64,000 nucleotides of DNA, from assembly GCA_963770895.1 (NCBI GenBank), contig CAVYRF010000002.1, forward strand, positions 5,024,001 through 5,088,000, given 5' to 3'. This stretch comes from an uncultured Acidobacteriota bacterium. GTDB lineage: Bacteria > Acidobacteriota > Thermoanaerobaculia > Multivoradales > UBA5704. The translations under genes and the position numbers were made by a program. The notes below the pieces were generated by a model that saw only the letters and a list, made by a program, of their open reading frames with translations, was not told the DNA's origin and searched no databases. This document shows, piece after piece, positions 46,102 through 57,266 of the stretch (the stretch's first letter is position 1; every line of letters begins with the position of its first letter).

Positions 46102-48057
46102 TCAGGGCTCTGTTGGGCAGCCGCGCCGTGCGGCGAGCGCTGCGGCTTGCGGTGCCGGCCGGGTGATCCCCGGCGGGTCGAGGCGGTGCAGCTCGCGCAG
46201 CTCGCGGCAGGCTAGCCCCGCGTCTCCGAGGTCGTCGTGGGCCTGGGCGAGAAGCCAGGTGGTTTCGACGGTGCCGGGGTCGCCAAGCGGATAGAGCCTG
46301 CGAGCCTCTGTCAGGTAGGAGATTGCGGCGCGTGGGTTGCCGGCCGCGAGCTCGAGGGCGCCGAGGCGGCGCTGGAGGGCCGGCCGCTCGGGATCGAGGC
46401 GCAGGGCGATGTGGAGCTGGAGGCGAGCCCTACCCACCATTCCGCGGGCGGCGGCGGCTTCGGCGAGCTCGGCATAAGCATCGGCGCGTTGCGGATCGGC
46501 GGCCACGGCGCGCAGCAGGTAACGGTACGCCTCGTCGTAGCTGCCGCGGTTGGTCAGGAAGCGGCCGAGGTTGTAAAGGTGCTCGGCCGACTCGGGCTCG
46601 AGCTGCACCGCCTCGCCGTAGTGCTCAAGGGCCGCCTGCACATCGCCGCGCGCCTCGTCGCAGGCAGCGAGGTCCGACAGGATCGCGGCCGATCGCGGGG
46701 CGAGCACTCGGGCAACACTGAGGCGGTCGGCGGCGTCGGTCCAGCGCTGCTCGCTCATCAGCGCGGCTCCCTCGGCGACCAGCCTTTCTACCCGCCACCT
46801 GCAGGCGACGACCGCGGCACCTGCGGCGACGAGCAGGACGAGCAGGGCAGCGGCCCAGCGGCGGCCCCACGTCGGCCGCTGCGAGCGGTCCCACAGGTCG
46901 TGCTGTGGGTAGAGGTCGCCGGTCGGCGTCCGCAGGAAGAGCACCGGGGTTGCCCATTCGCTGCGGGTGCGGCCCGCGGCATGGATGGCCAGCCTGCCTT
47001 CGGTGACGGCGGCGTCGACCGGCTCGCCGGCCGCGAGCTTCTGGTAGAAGGCCCGGCTGAAGCAGATCGCCGCGCCGTCCGAGATCGGCAGCTGCATGGC
47101 GACGACGGCGGGAAGGCCGCCGAGGACCAGGGCATGGGCGACGCCGGTGAAGGCGCTGGCGGTGGCGCTCGTGCCGCCGGAAGGGTCCGCGGTAGCGTTG
47201 CCGGCGGCCGATCCACAGGCGTTGAGGACGGCGAGGCGGAGCTTCGGAAAGCCGGCCAGCTGGTTGAGCAGGTCGGTTCCCCGCACCGGGTCAGCGCAAC
47301 CTTCTTCGGTGGCGAAATAGAGGACGCGATCGGCCGAGGCCGCCGGCGCGCCACCGCCATGGCCCATGAAGTGGAGCACGTGGACCTCGTGCTCGGCGAG
47401 CGCCCGGCGCAGCGCGGCGAGGGTCGGCGCCGCAGGCGTCACGACCTGCGCCGAGCTGCCGACCGCCTGGCGCAGGTTGGCAAGCTCGCGCTCGACTTCG
47501 AGGGGTGGCAGAGAGCGGGGGTTTGCGGCGACGGCCAGGATGCGGAGGCGGCGCGGCCGCGAAGCGGCCAGGATGGGGCGCGGCAGGGCGAGGAAGCGGG
47601 TGACGGGACGCTGAGGGCTCAGCGCCAGGAACTCGGGCGTGCCAGGCTGGCGCAGCAGCTCCCAGGGGAGCGCCTGCAGGGTGGCCAGGTCGGGGCTGCG
47701 GGGGTCGAACGTGAGTTCGATCCGCAGGCCGGCTCTAGCGTCGGTGCCGAGGAGATCGACACTTCGCTCGTAGAGGCCGAGGATCTCGCCCTGAAACAGC
47801 GCCCGGAAGAGCACTTCGCCGACGGTTTCCGCAGTGCGTGGCGGCGCGGTGCCCACGGAGCGGAGGTCGCGCGGCGACAGGATCTGGCCAAGGGTACGGC
47901 CAGCGACGGGCAAGGTGGGAATCTCGAGGCGCCCGCTACCCTGGCCTTTGGGGGTGAGGGCGATGACGGAGTAACCGATTGCCGAGCTGGCAGAGCCGGA
48001 TGTACCGGCGGCGGGGCGGGCGGGAGCGATCAACAGCTGGAATCGGTAGTAGTGCAC
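46102..48057 (-). CDS. CHAT protease domain + single TM + TPR repeats
   Basis: LQALPWELL, VLHFMGHG (His), VLNACGS (Cys), VVAMQ, EWATPVLF; TM AAALLVLLVAAGAAVVA; C-terminal TPRs. Confidence 0.87.
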   Translation of the reverse strand: MHYYRFQLLIAPARPAAGTSGSASSAIGYSVIALTPKGQGSGRLEIPTLPVAGRTLGQILSPRDLRSVGTAPPRTAETVGEVLFRALFQGEILGLYERSVDLLGTDARAGLRIELTFDPRSPDLATLQALPWELLRQPGTPEFLALSPQRPVTRFLALPRPILAASRPRRLRILAVAANPRSLPPLEVERELANLRQAVGSSAQVVTPAAPTLAALRRALAEHEVHVLHFMGHGGGAPAASADRVLYFATEEGCADPVRGTDLLNQLAGFPKLRLAVLNACGSAAGNATADPSGGTSATASAFTGVAHALVLGGLPAVVAMQLPISDGAAICFSRAFYQKLAAGEPVDAAVTEGRLAIHAAGRTRSEWATPVLFLRTPTGDLYPQHDLWDRSQRPTWGRRWAAALLVLLVAAGAAVVACRWRVERLVAEGAALMSEQRWTDAADRLSVARVLAPRSAAILSDLAACDEARGDVQAALEHYGEAVQLEPESAEHLYNLGRFLTNRGSYDEAYRYLLRAVAADPQRADAYAELAEAAAARGMVGRARLQLHIALRLDPERPALQRRLGALELAAGNPRAAISYLTEARRLYPLGDPGTVETTWLLAQAHDDLGDAGLACRELRELHRLDPPGITRPAPQAAALAARRGCPTEP

Positions 48058-48332
48058 GGGCGACTCGGCGGGGTCGGGTCGGCAGCGCGATCGGCTCTCT
48101 ATTGTCCGGCGAGCGCGTCGAGGCCATCGAGCTGCTGCGGAGGCGTCATTGGTGATGGCGGCGGAGCGGCTGCCGTCGCCAGGACGCCGCGGCTTGGAGG
48201 AAGGTGACTTTCCGCCTTGCGTTGGGGCGATCGGCTGCCGCAACAGGTTCGGGCACGGCCTGGTCACTCATCGCGCAGGGTGGGAGCGGGCATGTTTGAC
48301 ACCTGTCATTGCGTGCTTCATTCTTGAAGTTC

Positions 48333-51300
48333 ATGCAGCAAGCGACAGTCTACCTTGCCGCCGCGGCGGTGAGCGCCCTGGTGCTCCTCTCCGCCTTCTC
48401 GGCGCCTGCAGCCGACGACTTCGGGCGGGCGCAGGCGCTTTGGCATCGGGCCACGGCGGCGGCGGAGGAGGGCAGGGCAGGCGAGGCGATCCGCGAGTTG
48501 CGCGCGGCCGCCGAGCTCTACCGCAGGGCGGGTCGCTTCAACGACGTCGTGGGCTGCCTGCTGCAGCTGGCCGATCTCGAGCGCAGTCGCGACGACGCAA
48601 GCGCCATTGTCGACCTGCAGGCCGCGATCGAAATCGCCCGCACCCGGGGCCTCCCGGACCTGGTAGCGGCGGGGCAGGCCATCTTCGCCACAACGCTCTA
48701 TTCGCTTGGCCGGTACCAGGAGGCCGCGAGCCAAGCCGAAGCAGCTCTGCCGGGATTGCGCCGCACGGGCCCGAAGTCCAATGTGATGAGCCTGCTGGAG
48801 CTCTTGGGACAGATCGAGATCCTGCTCGGCCAGCCGGCGAAGGCGGTTGGCCACCTCGAAGAAGCCCTGCGGCTCGACCGCGAGCTGGGCGCCGAACCGG
48901 CAACCCATGCCACCTTCCTCCACAATCTTGGCATGGCCTACAAGGAAAGTGGGCGCTTGCAGAATGCCCTGCCGCTGCTTCAGGAATCGCTGCGCATCAT
49001 CGAGCATGGAGGAGCCAAGAACCAGATCGCCAGGTCGCTCACCGCCTTAGGGATGGTGTACATGAGGCTTGGCGATAGCAGCCAGGCGCTGGACACCTTC
49101 GCGCGGGCCGAAGCAATCTTGCAGTCGATCGACGATCCCCTCGACCTCTGGCTGGCGCGGCTGGGAGTAGCCCAGGTCCGTGGCCAGCAGGGCCGCTATG
49201 ATCTCGCGCTGCCGCTCTACGAGAACACCATCGCGGCGCTCCGCCGGCTCCACGCCGAGAAGGACCTGGCTCAGGCGCTCAACAGTCTCGCAGATCTCGA
49301 TCGCCACCAGGGGCGGGCTGATGACGCCATCGCACTCGAGCAGGAAGCCGTCACGCTGGCACACAAGCTCGGCAGCTGGGCAACTGAAGCCACGGCGCTG
49401 AACGGCATCGCGGTCGCGGAAAGCGATCTTGGCCACTTCGAGCGCTCCCTGTCCTACTCTGAGCGGGCGCTTGCCCTGCACCACCAGGCGGGCGACGGCC
49501 CTGGTGAGGCGGCAGCTCTGATCAACACCGCCGCCATCTACATGCAAATCGGGCAGCCCGAAGAGGCGTTGGTGCGCAGCGAGCAGGCGCTCACCCTGGC
49601 CCGGTCCATTGCCGACCCCGCCGCGGTGGCTGGCGCGCTGAACCTCCTGGCCGCGGTGGTCCTGGTCGAACGTCCCGAGACCGCCCTGGCGCAGGCCGAG
49701 GAAGCCCTGGCGGTCGCGACAGGCAGGCCCGGGTGGCGGCCGGTCGAGCTGCAAGGCAACATGCTCAAGGGTTCGGCGCTGTTGGTCCTTGGGCGGCGCG
49801 ACGAAGCGGCCGCGACATTGACCAAGAGCCGCGACCTCAGCCAAGAGTTGGGCAGCCGGTGTAAAGAGAGCGAGATCCTGTTGCTCCTCGGCTCTGTCCA
49901 CTACCTGTCGCGGCAGCTTCCAGCAGCGCGGCAGACGCTCGAAAACGCTGTGCACCTCGCCAGGGAGAACCATTGTGCAGCGCCCTCCACCTACTACCAG
50001 CTGATGCTGGGACAAGTCTACGCTGCCTTGCACCTCAACGAACCGGCGATCGCCGCGCTCAGCGCTGCCGCCGCTGCGTTCGAGACGACCCTGGGGGACA
50101 TCCGCTCCAGCCAGCTGCTGGCCGGCGTCATCGGCACCAACTCCTCGCCATATCCGACACTTGCCCGGCTGCTGGCCGACGCCGGCCGCACCGCCGACGC
50201 CTTCGACGTTGCCGAGCGCGCCCGGGCGCGCGCCCTGCTCCATCAGCTGGAGAAAGGACCGGCTGGCAACCTTCACCGCGCGGCCGCCGGCGACCTGACG
50301 AGCGAAGAGTCCGAGTTGCGCCGTCGTCTGGACCGGCTCCGCCGTGAGGCCGAGGCGGAGCAGGAGAAGCCAAGCGACCGGCAAGATCGCGGCCTGCTCA
50401 CCTACCTGGGAAACGAAATCGATCAGGGACGGCGCGGCTACGAGGCTTTGCTGCTGCGGTTGCAGGTTGCCGATCCTGAATATTCCTCCCTGGTGCACGC
50501 GGCACCACTCTCGCTCGCCGAGGTGCGCCGCCTGCTCGCTGCCGACACGACCCTGGTCGAGTATTTCGTCCTGGACAGGGAAACCCTCGCCTGGGTGATC
50601 GATCGCGATTCAGCCGAGATGGTGCGGCTGCCGGCGTCCGCCGCGCTGCTCGAGCAGCAGGTGCGGGAGCTCTGCACGCGCATTGCACGCCGCGAGCCGG
50701 TGGCCGACCTTGCGGCATCGCTGCATGCGGCCTTGCTCGCTCCGCTCCTGCGCTTCATCCATCACTCGAATCTTCAGATCGTCCCTTTCGGCGCGTTGCA
50801 CGCCGTCCCCTTTGCCGCTCTCGGAGGCGCCGGCGACCAGCCGCTGGTCGCGACCCATACCGTGAGCTACCTGCCGAGCGCCAGTGTGCTCCCCTTCCTG
50901 GCCGGCAAGCGCAAGGCCGGAACCGGCCGCGCACTGGTGCTGGGCGACCCCGATGGCTCCTTGCCGCACGCCGCAGCGGAGGCCCGCTCCGTCGCCAGGC
51001 TTTACGGCGTCGATCCGCTGCTCGGGCCGGCGGCAACGGAGACCGCGCTGCGCGCCCGTGCCGCGCAGACGGGCATCCTGCACATCGCAGCCCACGTCCA
51101 CTTCGACCAGGCGCGGCCACTGTGGAGCCACGTGGCGCTGGCTGCCGATGCCGCCAACGACGGTCACCTGGAGGTGCACGAGATCTTCAGCCTCGATCTG
51201 CGGCAAGCCAGGCTGGTGGTGCTCTCGGGTTGCGAGTCGGGGCTGGTCCGGCTTGACCAGGGCGACAACGTCATCGGTCTGAGCCGTGCCTTCCTCTATG

Positions 51301-51530
51301 CCGGCGCGCCGGCTGTCCTCACCACGCTCTGGCCGATCGACGATGAAGCCTCGGCAGTGCTGATGCTTTCCTTCCACGCTCATCTGAAGCGAGGCGAAAA
51401 CGCCGCCCAATCGCTGCGCGCCGCCCAGCTTGCCGTGAGGCAGGACGACCGTTGGAGATCGCCCTGCTACTGGGCTGCCTTCGCTCTTACCGGCGACACC
51501 GGCGGCGACCGGAGCGCCCCCTCGCCTTGA
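48333..51530 (+). CDS. Signal peptide + TPR array + C-terminal CHAT domain
   Basis: Many TPRs, AERARAR, LVEYFV, IVPFGALHAVPFAAL, LHIAAH, VLSGCESG, TLWPIDD, PCYWAAF. Confidence 0.9.
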   Translation: MQQATVYLAAAAVSALVLLSAFSAPAADDFGRAQALWHRATAAAEEGRAGEAIRELRAAAELYRRAGRFNDVVGCLLQLADLERSRDDASAIVDLQAAIEIARTRGLPDLVAAGQAIFATTLYSLGRYQEAASQAEAALPGLRRTGPKSNVMSLLELLGQIEILLGQPAKAVGHLEEALRLDRELGAEPATHATFLHNLGMAYKESGRLQNALPLLQESLRIIEHGGAKNQIARSLTALGMVYMRLGDSSQALDTFARAEAILQSIDDPLDLWLARLGVAQVRGQQGRYDLALPLYENTIAALRRLHAEKDLAQALNSLADLDRHQGRADDAIALEQEAVTLAHKLGSWATEATALNGIAVAESDLGHFERSLSYSERALALHHQAGDGPGEAAALINTAAIYMQIGQPEEALVRSEQALTLARSIADPAAVAGALNLLAAVVLVERPETALAQAEEALAVATGRPGWRPVELQGNMLKGSALLVLGRRDEAAATLTKSRDLSQELGSRCKESEILLLLGSVHYLSRQLPAARQTLENAVHLARENHCAAPSTYYQLMLGQVYAALHLNEPAIAALSAAAAAFETTLGDIRSSQLLAGVIGTNSSPYPTLARLLADAGRTADAFDVAERARARALLHQLEKGPAGNLHRAAAGDLTSEESELRRRLDRLRREAEAEQEKPSDRQDRGLLTYLGNEIDQGRRGYEALLLRLQVADPEYSSLVHAAPLSLAEVRRLLAADTTLVEYFVLDRETLAWVIDRDSAEMVRLPASAALLEQQVRELCTRIARREPVADLAASLHAALLAPLLRFIHHSNLQIVPFGALHAVPFAALGGAGDQPLVATHTVSYLPSASVLPFLAGKRKAGTGRALVLGDPDGSLPHAAAEARSVARLYGVDPLLGPAATETALRARAAQTGILHIAAHVHFDQARPLWSHVALAADAANDGHLEVHEIFSLDLRQARLVVLSGCESGLVRLDQGDNVIGLSRAFLYAGAPAVLTTLWPIDDEASAVLMLSFHAHLKRGENAAQSLRAAQLAVRQDDRWRSPCYWAAFALTGDTGGDRSAPSP

Positions 51531-51688
51531 TTTGCGCCCGGCAGCTGCGCGGTCTCAAGCTTCTGATCCCCAGGTTGGGACCAGGTCGCCGAGATGGGAA
51601 GCTTTTGACGCGATCGACGTCGGCGGCGAAGTGGCGCGAGTGGCCGCGGCCGCGGCACAAGCCGCGCGCCGCGCCCAGTCCGCCGCGG

Positions 51689-52705
51689 TTACTGGTGCAG
51701 GGTGCCGGCCGAGCGGCCGTTGCAGGCGCCTTTGTTCCAGTTGTCGAGGGCGAAATCGTTGATGCAGTTGGCCAGAACCTTACACGGTTCCCAGTTGTCG
51801 TTGCCCCACAGGCGTGACACGTAGTTGCTCGCCCGGGTGTCCTGGCCGAGCAGGTCGCGCGATCCCGTTGCCTGGATGTTGTAAAAGACCACCCACTTCG
51901 CCGTCTCGCTGTTGAAGCCGCTGGGCGTGCCGGTGATCTGGTTTTTGTTGTCGGTGCCCGGAGCGACGAACAGCGCCGCGTCGCCCTTGCGATCGTTCAC
52001 GTATTCGTTCAGATTGCCGCCGCTGCCGGTGAGCGCGATCAGCACCTTCCCCGCGAGCCCTGCCATGGTCGGCCAGGCGCCCCCCTTGGCGGCGTCGCGC
52101 AGGGTCGAACTGCCGCCTTTGAGCGCTCCCGGCTTGTACAGGGTGGCGCCAAGGATGCCATTCACCAGGTTGTCGAGGTCGACCGGCCGGCGACCGCTGC
52201 TCACCTTGGACCAACCCTGCTTTTTGTCCAGGAAGAGGGTGATCGGATCGTGCCCCGGATGCGCGTCGCTCCACTGCTTGATGTCGGTCATGCAGGCTGA
52301 GAGGTTGTTGGTGCCGTTGCCGTTGCCGGTGCAGTTGTTGTCGTTGCCCGATTGGAACAAGGTGCCGGGATTGTGGCGCACGAACCACTGGTGCGCCTGG
52401 CCGCCGGTGACCGCGTCCCGGTGATCCCAGATGTCGATTTCGACGTTCTTCACCTGGTCGAGGACCTCCTTGAAGGTGTTGGCCCCCATCTTCTTGGCGA
52501 CGCCGATCTCGTAGCAGTTGTGACAGGTCTTCTGGAAAACCGCCGGATACTTCGACTGCGCATCCGCCGCCTGCAGGGTGCAGGTGGCGGCGAACGCCGC
52601 GGCCGAGCCCACCGTTGCGGCGAAGGCCGCCAACGCGGCCGATGCTGCAAGTGCGACCAATGGCACCGGCGTGCACATCTTCGGCAAAAGGTTGCGAACC
52701 TTCAT
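51689..52705 (-). CDS. Secreted Ca2+-dependent PI-PLC-like phosphodiesterase
   Basis: Signal peptide, CHNCYE, VEIDIWD, VRH, WSDAHPGHDPITLFLDKK, WPTMAGLAGK. Confidence 0.8.
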   Translation of the reverse strand: MKVRNLLPKMCTPVPLVALAASAALAAFAATVGSAAAFAATCTLQAADAQSKYPAVFQKTCHNCYEIGVAKKMGANTFKEVLDQVKNVEIDIWDHRDAVTGGQAHQWFVRHNPGTLFQSGNDNNCTGNGNGTNNLSACMTDIKQWSDAHPGHDPITLFLDKKQGWSKVSSGRRPVDLDNLVNGILGATLYKPGALKGGSSTLRDAAKGGAWPTMAGLAGKVLIALTGSGGNLNEYVNDRKGDAALFVAPGTDNKNQITGTPSGFNSETAKWVVFYNIQATGSRDLLGQDTRASNYVSRLWGNDNWEPCKVLANCINDFALDNWNKGACNGRSAGTLHQ

Positions 52706-53078
52706 AACCATCCCTCCTTGGTAGGATCTGGCCGCGAGCAGTCCGCCCGTCGAGCCAGGCAAGGCTCAACCGGTCTGGCGGCCGTTGAACAGATCGAGCA
52801 GCATGGCGACTTCGGCGTCGATGCCGGTGCGCAGGGTGAGGTCGCGATCGGGGGCCACCTACGACAGCTCCTGTCGCAAAGCGTCGGAGACTCAGGCGCT
52901 GCGCGGCACCCTGTCCTTCACCTACATGGCGGGCGACCGCCTGAAGAGCTACGGCGTCACCGGCGGACCGACGGCGAACTGTCCCTACTATAGCAGCGGC
53001 GACGTCGACTCGATGCTCTACTGGTCACCATTGACCGAGGCCTCCCGATCCTGCTCGGCAGGCCGCCGGGACGCGGGG

Positions 53079-54260
53079 TCAGCTGCGCAGGACCCGAACC
53101 GGGTCGAGGCGGCTGGCTCGGCGGGCTGGAAGGTAGGCTGCGAGCAGGGCGACGAGGGTGAGCAGGATGGCGCTGGCGGCGAAGGAGAGCGGGTCCAGGG
53201 TGCCGACCTCGAACAGCATGGTGCGCAGCAGGTGCGTCAGGAAGATGGCGGCGATGAGGCCGAGGACGACTCCGGCCACGATGAGCATCAGCGCTTCACC
53301 GATCACCTTTTGCAGCACCTGGGCCGTCGACGAACCGAGGGCCATGCGAATGCCGACCTCTCGTTCGCGTTGGGCCGACAGGTAGCTCATCAGGCCGTAG
53401 AGGCCCACGGCGGCAAGGAACAGGGCGAGCAGCGCGAAGGTGCTCACCAAAGCGCCGAGGGCGCGGATGGGAGCGAGAGACGCTTCGATCCATCGCTCCA
53501 TGGTGCTGAGATGGGTGGCGGCGGCGGCGGGATCCAGGTCGGCGAGAGCGGCCATGACCGGCCGGACCACGTTGCGCGGGTCCTTCGTGGTGCGCGCCAC
53601 CAGGCCCATCGACCGGGTTTCGATCTGGGCGCTCGAGAAATAGGCGCCGGGCGGCTCCTCGGCGGTGACGGTGAAGCTACGCGAGTTGTGCACCACGCCG
53701 ACCACGGTGAACCGCTTGGCGCCGTTGACCAGGACATGGCCGTCCGGGTCGGTGCCGGGGAAGTACTGCTGGGCGGCAGCCTGGTTGAGCACCACCACGA
53801 GCGGTGCGTCGCTCTGGTCGCGCCGCTCGATTCCCCGTCCCTTGAGGATCGTCAGGCCCGTCGCCCGGAAATAGCCGGGAGTGATCTTGCGGTACCACAG
53901 CTTGACGCCTTCGGCGGGTTCCGTTCCGCCTTCGATGTGCAGCCGCGAGTCCTGGCTGTCGCCGGAGAACGGCAGGGTCGACGCGGCGCCCGCGGCGCTC
54001 ACGTCGGGCAGCGCCTCGATGCGCTCGATCAGTTCGGTGTAGAACGCCCGCGCCTGCGCCGCCGTCGGGTAGCGGCCGGGCAGGGCGTCCACCTGGAAAA
54101 CCAGCAGTTGCGCGGGGTTGTAGCCGGTTTCGACCTGGCGCAGCCGGCTGAGGCTGTGGATCATCAACCCCGATCCGACGAGCATCACCAGCGCCAGCGC
54201 GATCTCGAGCACCACGAGGAGGTTGGAAGCGCGCCAACCGGTGGTGCGCCCGCCCGCGAT
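53079..54260 (-). pseudogene. ADOP/MacB-FtsX ABC permease, C-terminal half only
   Basis: Starts at the mid-protein motif LVVLEIALALVMLVGSGL; also AAVGLYGLMSY..QREREVGIRMALG, PARRASRLDP; the N-half is missing. Confidence 0.85.
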
Positions 54261-54499
54261 GCCGGCGACGCCACGCAGTTCCCGTTCCCCGAGATCTTTC
54301 CCGAGTACATGTCCAACATGAACGTGCTGCGCTGGGTGATCGGGCTCCTGTAGGCGCCCGGCCGCCGTTCAAAGGAGGTCCTCGGGGATCGCGAACTCCA
54401 GGTCGCGAGAGCAGAATTCGCTCCATCCCGCCGGCGCCTCCAGCCAGAGGACGCTCTCGCCGTGCCACATCGACCGCGTCACGCTGACGATGTCGCCGT

Positions 54500-56399
54500 C
54501 CGCCAACGGCTCGCGCGGCGCCCCCTGCCAACCGGGGAAGCGGCGCAGCTCCCGCACCTGGCCGGCAGCGTCCGCGCGGACCTTGGCGTCCGGCGGCCCG
54601 TGACGGTGATCGCCGGCGGTGCCGCGGCGATGCCCATGACCTGGGGCTGGCGCAGGCCGGTGGTGCTGGTGCCGGCGGGCGCCGCCGATTGGCCGCGGGC
54701 GCGGCGGCGAGCGGTCCTGCTGCATGAGATGGCCCATGTGGCGCGCGGCGACAACCTGGCCGTGGTGCTTGCCGCGGTAGCCTGCTCGCTGCATTGGTTC
54801 AACCCGCTGGTCTGGCTCGCGGCGCGCCGGCTGCGCCTGGAAAGCGAGCACGCATGCGACGACCGCGCGCTCGGCGCCGGCGCGGCGCCCTGCGATTACG
54901 CTGCCGACCTGCTCGACATCGCGCGCACCCTGCGCGGTCCGCGCGCCGCGGCGGCGGTCGCCCAGGCGATGGCCGCGAGATCCCAGCTGGAAAGGCGCCT
55001 GCGCATGGTGCTCGACGGCCGGCTCGACCGGCGTGGCGTCTCGCGCCGCAAGGCCCTTCCCGCGTGGTTCGCAGCCGTCGCCGTCGTCGTGCCGCTGGCC
55101 GCGCTTGCGCCCGGCGCCGGCATGGCGGCGCCGCCTGGCGACGTGGCGCCGGCTGGCCGCGCCGCGGCTGCGCCGGCGCCAGCCGCCCTGGCCCGATCCA
55201 CGGCCCCGTTGGCACCGGTCCCTCCGGCCGCTCCCGTGACGCCACCGGCGCCACCCACGGCGTTACCGGCTTCGCCGCTGCCGCCGGTTCCGCCGGCGCC
55301 CGGCGCGGCGGCTGTTGCGGCATCCCAGGACAGCGGCCGGCGGATCAGCTTTCATGACGATGACGGACGGATGAGCTACCGAGAATCGCAGAGCGGTCAC
55401 CTGCTGACCGTGGACAGCCAGGGTTCGAGCGACCTGGCCGACGACCTCGGCGGCATCCGGCGCCTGGCGCCGGGGGCGCAGATGGAGTTCCGCCAAATCG
55501 ATGGCAGCGGCGAACGCGCGCTGCTGGTGCGGGGCGACGCCACCGGACAGCCTGTCTACACGTACCGCGCGGAGGACCGCGATCGGCCGTTCGACGCCGC
55601 CGGGCGTGCGTGGCTCGCCAGCATGCTGCTCCAGCTGGTGCGGGGCAGCGGCCTGGGCGCCGAGGTGCGAGCGGAGCGGTTGCTGCGCGACGGCGGCCCG
55701 CAGGCGGTGATGGCCGAGGTGACGCTGATCCCCGGCGACCATGTGAAGGAGCGCTACCTGAAGGCTCTGCTGTCCCATCCGGGACTGCCGGCCGCGGCCG
55801 TCGAAGACGCCGTGCGCCAAGCCGGCCGCGAGCTTGGCAGCGACCACGCGATGGGTGACGTGCTGATGGCCGCGCTCGACAGCGGACCCGCCACCGATTC
55901 CCTGGCGCTCGCGGTGGCCCAGGCGGCAAGAGGCATCGATGGGGCGCATGAGCGCTGGCGGCCGCTCGCCGCCCTGGTGCAGGGGCGACCGCTGCCACCG
56001 GACGCTCTCGACGCCGTGCTACAGGCCGGACTCGGCATCCACTCCGACTACGAGCTTGGCTCCCTGCTCGCCCTGGCCGCGGCCCGCAACGGCCTCGACG
56101 ATCCGGCGGCGGCGCGCGACTTTCTGGCAGGAGTCGCCGCCCTGGGCAGCGATTCCGAGCGTCACCGGGCGCTGAGCGCCGCAATCCGCCGCGGCGACCT
56201 GAGCCCGCCGCTGGTGCTCCAGGTCCTGCGCACCCTTCCAGCAATCGAGTCCGACTTCGAGCGCAGCCGCTTGCTGATCGAAATCGCCGACCGCTACCAG
56301 CTCGACGGCGACCGGCGAACCGCCTCCGTCGCAGCTCTCCGCTCCATCCACTCGCAACCCGAGCGCGAACGGGCCGAGGCCGCTCTGGCCCGCCGCTGA
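54500..56399 (+). pseudogene. M56 (BlaR1-like) peptidase with helical repeats, 5'-truncated
   Basis: PMTWGWRRPVVLVP, LLHEMAHVARGD, HWFNPLVW, EHACD; the N-terminal TMs and a blaI gene are absent. Confidence 0.8.
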
Positions 56400-56448
56400 C
56401 GTGGATGGTGGAGCGCGGGCTTGGGGAGCTCGGGCGGCGAGTTGCGGT

Positions 56449-56735
56449 TCACTCCGAGCGCAGGGCTTCGATGGCATCCACCCTGGCGGCGCGCGCCGCG
56501 GGGAGCGCCGATGCGGCCATGGCGGCGGCCAGGATGACCGCGGCCGAGAGAAGCAGCGTCATCGCTCCCGGCGGCCGGACATCCGCAATGAAGCTGCCGA
56601 CCAGGCGTTCGCCGGCCAGTCCGAGCAACAGACCCGCGGCCACGCCCACGATGGCGATCACCAGACCTTCCAGCAGCACCTTGGCGAGGATGCCGTGCGG
56701 CTGCGCTCCGAGGGCCAGGCGGATCCCGAACTCGC
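56449..56735 (-). pseudogene. ABC permease C-terminal fragment
   Basis: EFGIRLALGA...LPAARAARVDAIEALRSE*. Confidence 0.8.
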
Positions 56736-57266
56736 AAGCGCAACCGCAACCTGAAAACCGGGCGAGGCCACTCTCCGACGGCAACGAACCCTCTCATCTT
56801 TCACCTACACGGTGCTCTCAGCCAAGAGGTGAGCATGGTGCTCACCGAGGACGACTACCTGGATTTCCTCATCTACGTTCACAACTTGCTGCCACCGACC
56901 GTTGAGAAAGCCTTCGAGGAGTCCGCTCTGCTCTTCCTCGGATACGGGCTTGCCGACATGGACTTCAAGGTGCTGTTCCGCAAGATCAACAGCTACTCTG
57001 GGGGACATGGCAGACATTTTGCGGTCCAGATAGATCCTCAACAAACCGGCCTACCCTCTCTGCAAGCCAAGCAAGAGCTCGAGTACCTCACGACGCAGTA
57101 CGAGGCGCAGCGAATCAAAGTCTTCTGGGGCTCCTGCAGGGATTTCGTGAAGGAGCTCCGGCGCCACCTCCGCTCATCTCCTCCCCAATCTTCGCCTCCA
57201 GCCTCAATTCAACCGGCGACCTCACCTCTGCCGTGCAAAACGTCTTCTTGTTCAACGCCTTCATAA
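56733..57266 (+). pseudogene. SIR2-like domain, C-terminal part only
   Basis: In frame upstream of the track ORF: PTATNPLIFHLHG..SMVLTEDDY; then LLFLGYGLADMDF. Confidence 0.8.

Noticed and set aside
44912-51530. Type III-E CRISPR (Craspase) locus
   Set aside because: There is no Cas7-11, Csx30/31 or CRISPR array, and these CHAT proteins have TM or signal-peptide architecture.
52785-54353. 522-aa + strand ORF as a single gene
   Set aside because: It is a chance read-through joining two unrelated fragments across the antisense of the ABC permease remnant.
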